A stretch of DNA of 64,000 bases from NCBI GenBank assembly GCA_965226495.1, contig OZ245365.1:2880001-2944000 (forward strand). The letters run 5' to 3'. This document shows, piece after piece, positions 60,601 through 64,000 of the stretch. The notes beneath the pieces are model-generated. The model saw only the letters and a list, made by a program, of their open reading frames with translations. It had not been told where the DNA came from and made no database searches. Position numbers and translations under genes: made by a program. The stretch is from Candidatus Marinacidobacterales bacterium. Its GTDB lineage: Bacteria; Acidobacteriota; Vicinamibacteria; Marinacidobacterales; DATDRI01. How positions within the stretch are numbered: position 1 is the stretch's first letter; each line of letters begins with the position of its first letter.

Positions 60601-60933
60601 GGAGAGAGCCTCCAGCCCATCCTTTACTCGCTTGCCTACGAGGCTTTGACCGGAGACCAGGTCCGCGGCGCACGTCTTTATTACTGCACGGAGAAATCGG
60701 GGTACACGGAGCGCGCCGTCGAGCCCGACGAGGAAGCGCTAGAAGTGGTTGACGAGTTTCAACGTCGCCTCGACAAAGCGATCGAAGAGGGCTTCTTTCC
60801 GGCGTCGCCGAGGCTGGGGTGCAAGTATTGCGACTACTTACCGGTATGTGGCCCGGGCGCCGAGATCAACGCCAAGCGCAAGGAGGGCGACTCGAAGCTC
60901 TCCTTGCTGAACTGGCTTCGAAACTTGAGATGA
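57646..60933 (+). CDS. addB: AddB-like subunit: degenerate helicase domain plus PD-(D/E)XK nuclease with Fe-S cysteines
   Basis: RGLSFDVVLVPGLAE..FP, SVTALERFAACPYRFF, GRIFH, LRGAIDLVE, VTDYKSG, LQPILY, CKYCDYLPVC. Confidence 0.85.
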   Translation: MPEGQIFQSPSAARRVTEVTDWLDRHARGGEVLILCSQLEAGDHLVRALASQRGSLNGLRRLTVNAFAYQLALPQLVEAGLATHSRLGQQALAARVAHEARAEGDLGVFSVVAHGPGFARALATTLNELRLHEVEPAQLSAAGETGPSLAELLKRYEKGALSAGVADRTDVLRAATRAAESTTRSPLGLPTVLFDVPITTPVEAHFIASVARGASRVLATVPAGDETTLQALEKALTVAPEVAYAGDDSSDAVKQLQRYVFSGSAPPAAPDEQNVVVLSAPGEAQEAVELARCIQSEAASGVRFDSMAILLRSPEIYTPLIEDALARAGVPAYFETGSQRPAPAGRAFLALLDCAAEELSASRFAEYLSLGQLPDLNEEGGPAALPEVPWSPPQHELAPPPPEGYSEPLQLDLFAAPERVAEPEGLPAIEGTLRAPWRWERLLVDAAVIGGRDRWERRLSGLAREIQARIGEVDDPGGSDAATLERQIEDLEHLKAFALPVIGLLADFPEKASWGRWLDVLEHLASRVLGSPEGVLSLLKEIRPMASVGPVDLFEVREVLNERLTLLSQDPPHYRYGRVWVAPIEAVRGLSFDVVLVPGLAERMFPRKIVEDPLLLDVDRRKLDASLPLQEDRVSQERLALRLAAGAAKRKIVFSYPSIDLQKGRSKVPSFYLLEVLRASEGTLPDFESLERDAADSSGARLGWPAPRESSHAIDETEHDLAFLSDALRQDTPKELAQGTGRYLMNVNDALTRSLRTRYQRGRPRFTSVDGFLEPSTDSKKFLANHRFGTRAFSVTALERFAACPYRFFLNAILRLRPRETVEQITHLDPMTYGRIFHVAQYEILTTLGKEGLSPVRPDNLAAVLESSERVFNQVAAKFNDELAPAIERIWRDELTRIRTDLRGWLRKESEAPGGWVPHRFEFTFGMKPQGPADPASVLEEAVLASGLRLRGAIDLVEKREDGKVRVTDYKSGRVRVPEGAVLYGGESLQPILYSLAYEALTGDQVRGARLYYCTEKSGYTERAVEPDEEALEVVDEFQRRLDKAIEEGFFPASPRLGCKYCDYLPVCGPGAEINAKRKEGDSKLSLLNWLRNLR

Positions 60934-60996
60934 CTCGATACTACGGCGGAACCCCGCCATGGTCCGAAGGGCGAAGGTGGGAGCGCGCATTAAGTC

Positions 60997-63900
60997 ATGC
61001 CTGAACGCACTCTGGCCGATCAAGAAGCTCGGGACCGCATACGCACCAGTCTCGACGAAACGCTACTTGTCGAGGCCGCGGCGGGGACCGGGAAGACCAC
61101 CGAGCTCGTCGAACGCATTATCGAAGTCATTCGGCGTGGCCGAGGCAAGCTTTCCACCTTGGTCGCAGTCACGTTTACCGAAAAGGCAGCGGGAGAGCTC
61201 AAGCTGCGGCTTAGAACCCAGCTGGAGACCGCTCGTCGCGATGCGGCCGACCAGCCCGAAGTGCTAGCGCACTTGGAGGAAGGCCTCGCCCAACTCGAAG
61301 AGGCGCATATCGGTACGATCCACGGTTTCTGTGCCGATCTACTTAAGGAGAGACCGCTCCAAGCGGGTGTCGATCCGTTCTTCGAGGTAGCCACCGAGGA
61401 TGAGGCACAGAGACTCTACCGCCGCGTCTTCCTGCGGTGGCTACAGGAGAAGCTCGACGACCCCCCTCCCGGGATCCGAAGGCTACTGCGTCAACCCGTC
61501 GAGAACGAGTTCGGCCCGGTGGATCGACTCTACCAGGCCGGGTGGGCTCTCATTGATCGTAGGGACTTCCCTGCCCCATGGGAGATACGCCCGTTTCCTC
61601 GCGAAAAGGATATCGATTGGCTCGTCGAGAGATTCCTCCACGTGGCAAAACAGAGCGAGGATTGCGCGAGTACTAGTGACCGACTCTACCGAGACTTAGC
61701 GGGGTTGCGATCTTTCGCGCTCGAGCTCGAGCGTCAGGAGACAGCCAGCGGAAAACGCGATTACGACTCTCTGGAACATCGACTACTCAAGCTCGACCTA
61801 GGCAAGAGCAAGGGACGGGGGTCTTACTCAGATCGCGTCTCGCGGCAAGATCTCCTCGACGAGCGCGAATCTCTCCAAGAGTCGCTGAAGGAGTTCCGGA
61901 AGAGGGCCGGTGCCGACCGGGCCGCCCACCTTCAGAACGAGCTCCCCGAGTTGGTCGAGCGCTATCAGGAAATCAAAGCCAAAGCGGGCCGCCTAGACTT
62001 CCTGGATCTCTTGGCTAGGGCCCGGGACTTGATTCGAGAAAACCGTGCTCTACGGGAAGAACTTCAAAACCGCTTCACCCATATTTTCGTCGACGAGTTT
62101 CAAGACACCGACCCACTGCAAGCCGAGATTCTCGTCTTGCTCTCGTCCGATGACTCGTCAGTGGACGATTGGCGGCGCGTGAAACCCCGCCGGGGCAAGC
62201 TCTTCGTGGTCGCCGATCCGAAGCAGTCGATCTACCGGTTTCGTCGCGCCGATGTCTCCCTCTATCAGCAAATCAAACGCCAACTCATGGAAGCCGGCGC
62301 CGAGCGCATCTTCTTGAGCGTGAGCTTTCGTAGTTCGCCCGAAATCCAAGAGATGGTCAACGCGGCGATGTCGGAGATCATGGACGGTTCGCAGGAGGCA
62401 CATCAAGCATCGTACGTAGGGCTAGACCCTTACCGCGAGCCAATCATCGGTCAGCCCTCGGTGATCGCCTTGTCCATTCCGCGGCCCTACAGCAAGTACG
62501 GCAACCTAGCTAACTACGCGATCGATAAATCCGAGCCCGGCGCCGTAACCGCATGGATCAAATGGTTACTCGAAGAAAGCGATTGGAAGGTGACCTCGCG
62601 GGGCAGTACCGAGCCGCGTCCGATCCGCCCGTCCGATATCTGCCTTCTTTTTCGCCGTTTCGTCTCGGGCCGGCGGGATATCACACGACCCTACGTCGAC
62701 GGACTGCAGGCACGGGACGTCCCTCATGTGCTCGTCGGGGGTCGAGGCTTTCATCAGCGGGAAGAGATCGACGCGATGCGAAACGCTCTCGCGGCGATCG
62801 AAAGGCCCGACGACGAGCTCTCGGTCTTCGCCACGCTCCGGGGTCCTCTTTTTAGCCTCGCCGACGATGCTCTTTTTCCTTTTCGTACCCAGCACGGCCC
62901 TCTTCATCCGTTTCGCGAACCGAGCGGAGACCTATCGGATTCGGATCAAGAAGTCGTGGCCGCTCTCGAGGTCCTCGCGCGGCTGCACAAAGGGAGGAAT
63001 CACCGACCGATCGCTCTAACGATCCGCCAACTACTGGACGAGACCCGGTCGCAGGCCGGCTTCGCCCTTTGGCAAGCTGGGGATCAGGTGCTCGCGAATG
63101 TGTTGCGACTGCTGCAGCTCGCGCGGAATTTCGAGAGTACCGGCGGTCTCTCCTTCCGCGGATTCGTCGGGCATCTCGAGGACTTGGCCGAGAAGGGCGA
63201 GGTCACCGAGCAACCACTTATCGAGGAGGGCGTGCAAGGGGTCCGACTCATGACCGTGCATCGAGCCAAGGGCCTGGAGTTCCCCATCGTCATCCTATGC
63301 GACATCACGTGCCCACTCGGAGAAAGCGCTTCCCGCCACATCGACCCCGACCGCAACCTGTTCGCAGTGCGATTAGCGGGGGGTGCCCCGTGGGAACTTC
63401 TCGACCACGAAGCCGTGGAGGGGCGTCGCGAGGCCGCCGAGAGTCAGAGACTTCTCTACGTTGCGGCAACGCGCGCCAGAGACATCCTCGTGGTCCCGGC
63501 GGTGGCGGACGCCATCAGACCCCGCAGCTGGGTTACGGCGCTTGCTCCGGCGCTGTATCCGGTCAGCAAGACCTACCGCCTTCCGGTCGTTGCGCCGGGA
63601 TGCCCTCGGTTCGGTCAGGAGGCGGTACTGGATCCACCCATGAACGCTCCCCCGCCGGGTGAGGGGATCAAACCGGGCCTCCATAAACCACGCAAGGGAG
63701 GTCACCGCGTCGTTTGGTGGGATCCCGCGTTGCTGGAAGAGGCGTACGAGCTGAAGCCAAGCATTCGGCGGCACTGGATCCTGCAGGCCGACGAGGGGAA
63801 CGCGACCGATACGGGAACCGAGCGACACGACGCTTGGCGGGGGCGGCGAGACGCGCTTCTCGAAGAAGGAGGCCGCCCTTCGCTTGATGTTAGGACGGCG

Positions 63901-64000
63901 ACTCGAGTTGCCGAGGAAACCACCGAGACGCCCGAAGACGTGCGTGTCGAGGTCGTCGAGCGCGTGCCGAGACGCCCGGCCGGAAAGGGATTCGGAATCC
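60997..64000 (+). CDS. addA: AddA-like UvrD/SF1 helicase(-nuclease), 3' end runs off the window
   Basis: Absent from the ORF track; motifs read by hand from ATG 60997: VEAAAGTGKT, VTFTEKAAGELK, GTIHGFC, VDEFQDTD, DPKQSIYRFR, MTVHRAKGLEF, RLLYVAATRA. Confidence 0.9.
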   Translation, partial: MPERTLADQEARDRIRTSLDETLLVEAAAGTGKTTELVERIIEVIRRGRGKLSTLVAVTFTEKAAGELKLRLRTQLETARRDAADQPEVLAHLEEGLAQLEEAHIGTIHGFCADLLKERPLQAGVDPFFEVATEDEAQRLYRRVFLRWLQEKLDDPPPGIRRLLRQPVENEFGPVDRLYQAGWALIDRRDFPAPWEIRPFPREKDIDWLVERFLHVAKQSEDCASTSDRLYRDLAGLRSFALELERQETASGKRDYDSLEHRLLKLDLGKSKGRGSYSDRVSRQDLLDERESLQESLKEFRKRAGADRAAHLQNELPELVERYQEIKAKAGRLDFLDLLARARDLIRENRALREELQNRFTHIFVDEFQDTDPLQAEILVLLSSDDSSVDDWRRVKPRRGKLFVVADPKQSIYRFRRADVSLYQQIKRQLMEAGAERIFLSVSFRSSPEIQEMVNAAMSEIMDGSQEAHQASYVGLDPYREPIIGQPSVIALSIPRPYSKYGNLANYAIDKSEPGAVTAWIKWLLEESDWKVTSRGSTEPRPIRPSDICLLFRRFVSGRRDITRPYVDGLQARDVPHVLVGGRGFHQREEIDAMRNALAAIERPDDELSVFATLRGPLFSLADDALFPFRTQHGPLHPFREPSGDLSDSDQEVVAALEVLARLHKGRNHRPIALTIRQLLDETRSQAGFALWQAGDQVLANVLRLLQLARNFESTGGLSFRGFVGHLEDLAEKGEVTEQPLIEEGVQGVRLMTVHRAKGLEFPIVILCDITCPLGESASRHIDPDRNLFAVRLAGGAPWELLDHEAVEGRREAAESQRLLYVAATRARDILVVPAVADAIRPRSWVTALAPALYPVSKTYRLPVVAPGCPRFGQEAVLDPPMNAPPPGEGIKPGLHKPRKGGHRVVWWDPALLEEAYELKPSIRRHWILQADEGNATDTGTERHDAWRGRRDALLEEGGRPSLDVRTATRVAEETTETPEDVRVEVVERVPRRPAGKGFGI

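Overview
A GC-rich bacterial chromosomal segment. Gene content and GGGGTGGGGCCCC-core intergenic repeats suggest Acidobacteriota, probably Vicinamibacteria (inference). It holds about 50 CDS: four GT-C-like membrane glycosyltransferases, transporters, an F420 module (cofE-npdG divergent from a tandem nitroreductase), a lexA-DUF3467-degenerate Y-family polymerase cassette, exeA/exeB, a complete IS256-family element and an AddB/AddA-like helicase-nuclease pair. I found no rRNA, tRNA or CRISPR array. At least seven genes are broken. The most unusual signal is the nature of the lesions, two of which are 25-27 nt insertions copied from elsewhere in this window. One, in a ~2,150-aa surface-protein gene, matches the IS256 transposase 39 kb away. 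The other, in a ubiG-like gene, is copied from its own upstream region. Beside these are an 84-bp duplication with filler bases, repeat-flanked deletion junctions and a 45-bp TIR/TSD mini-element. The window also encodes two repair proteins with beta-clamp-type motifs: a fingers-less Y-family protein (QLPLF) and the AddB-like subunit (QLDLF). A mutagenic short-patch capture or repair process is a testable hypothesis, but assembly or amplification artefact must be excluded first. All product calls come from motif recognition by eye, without database searches.
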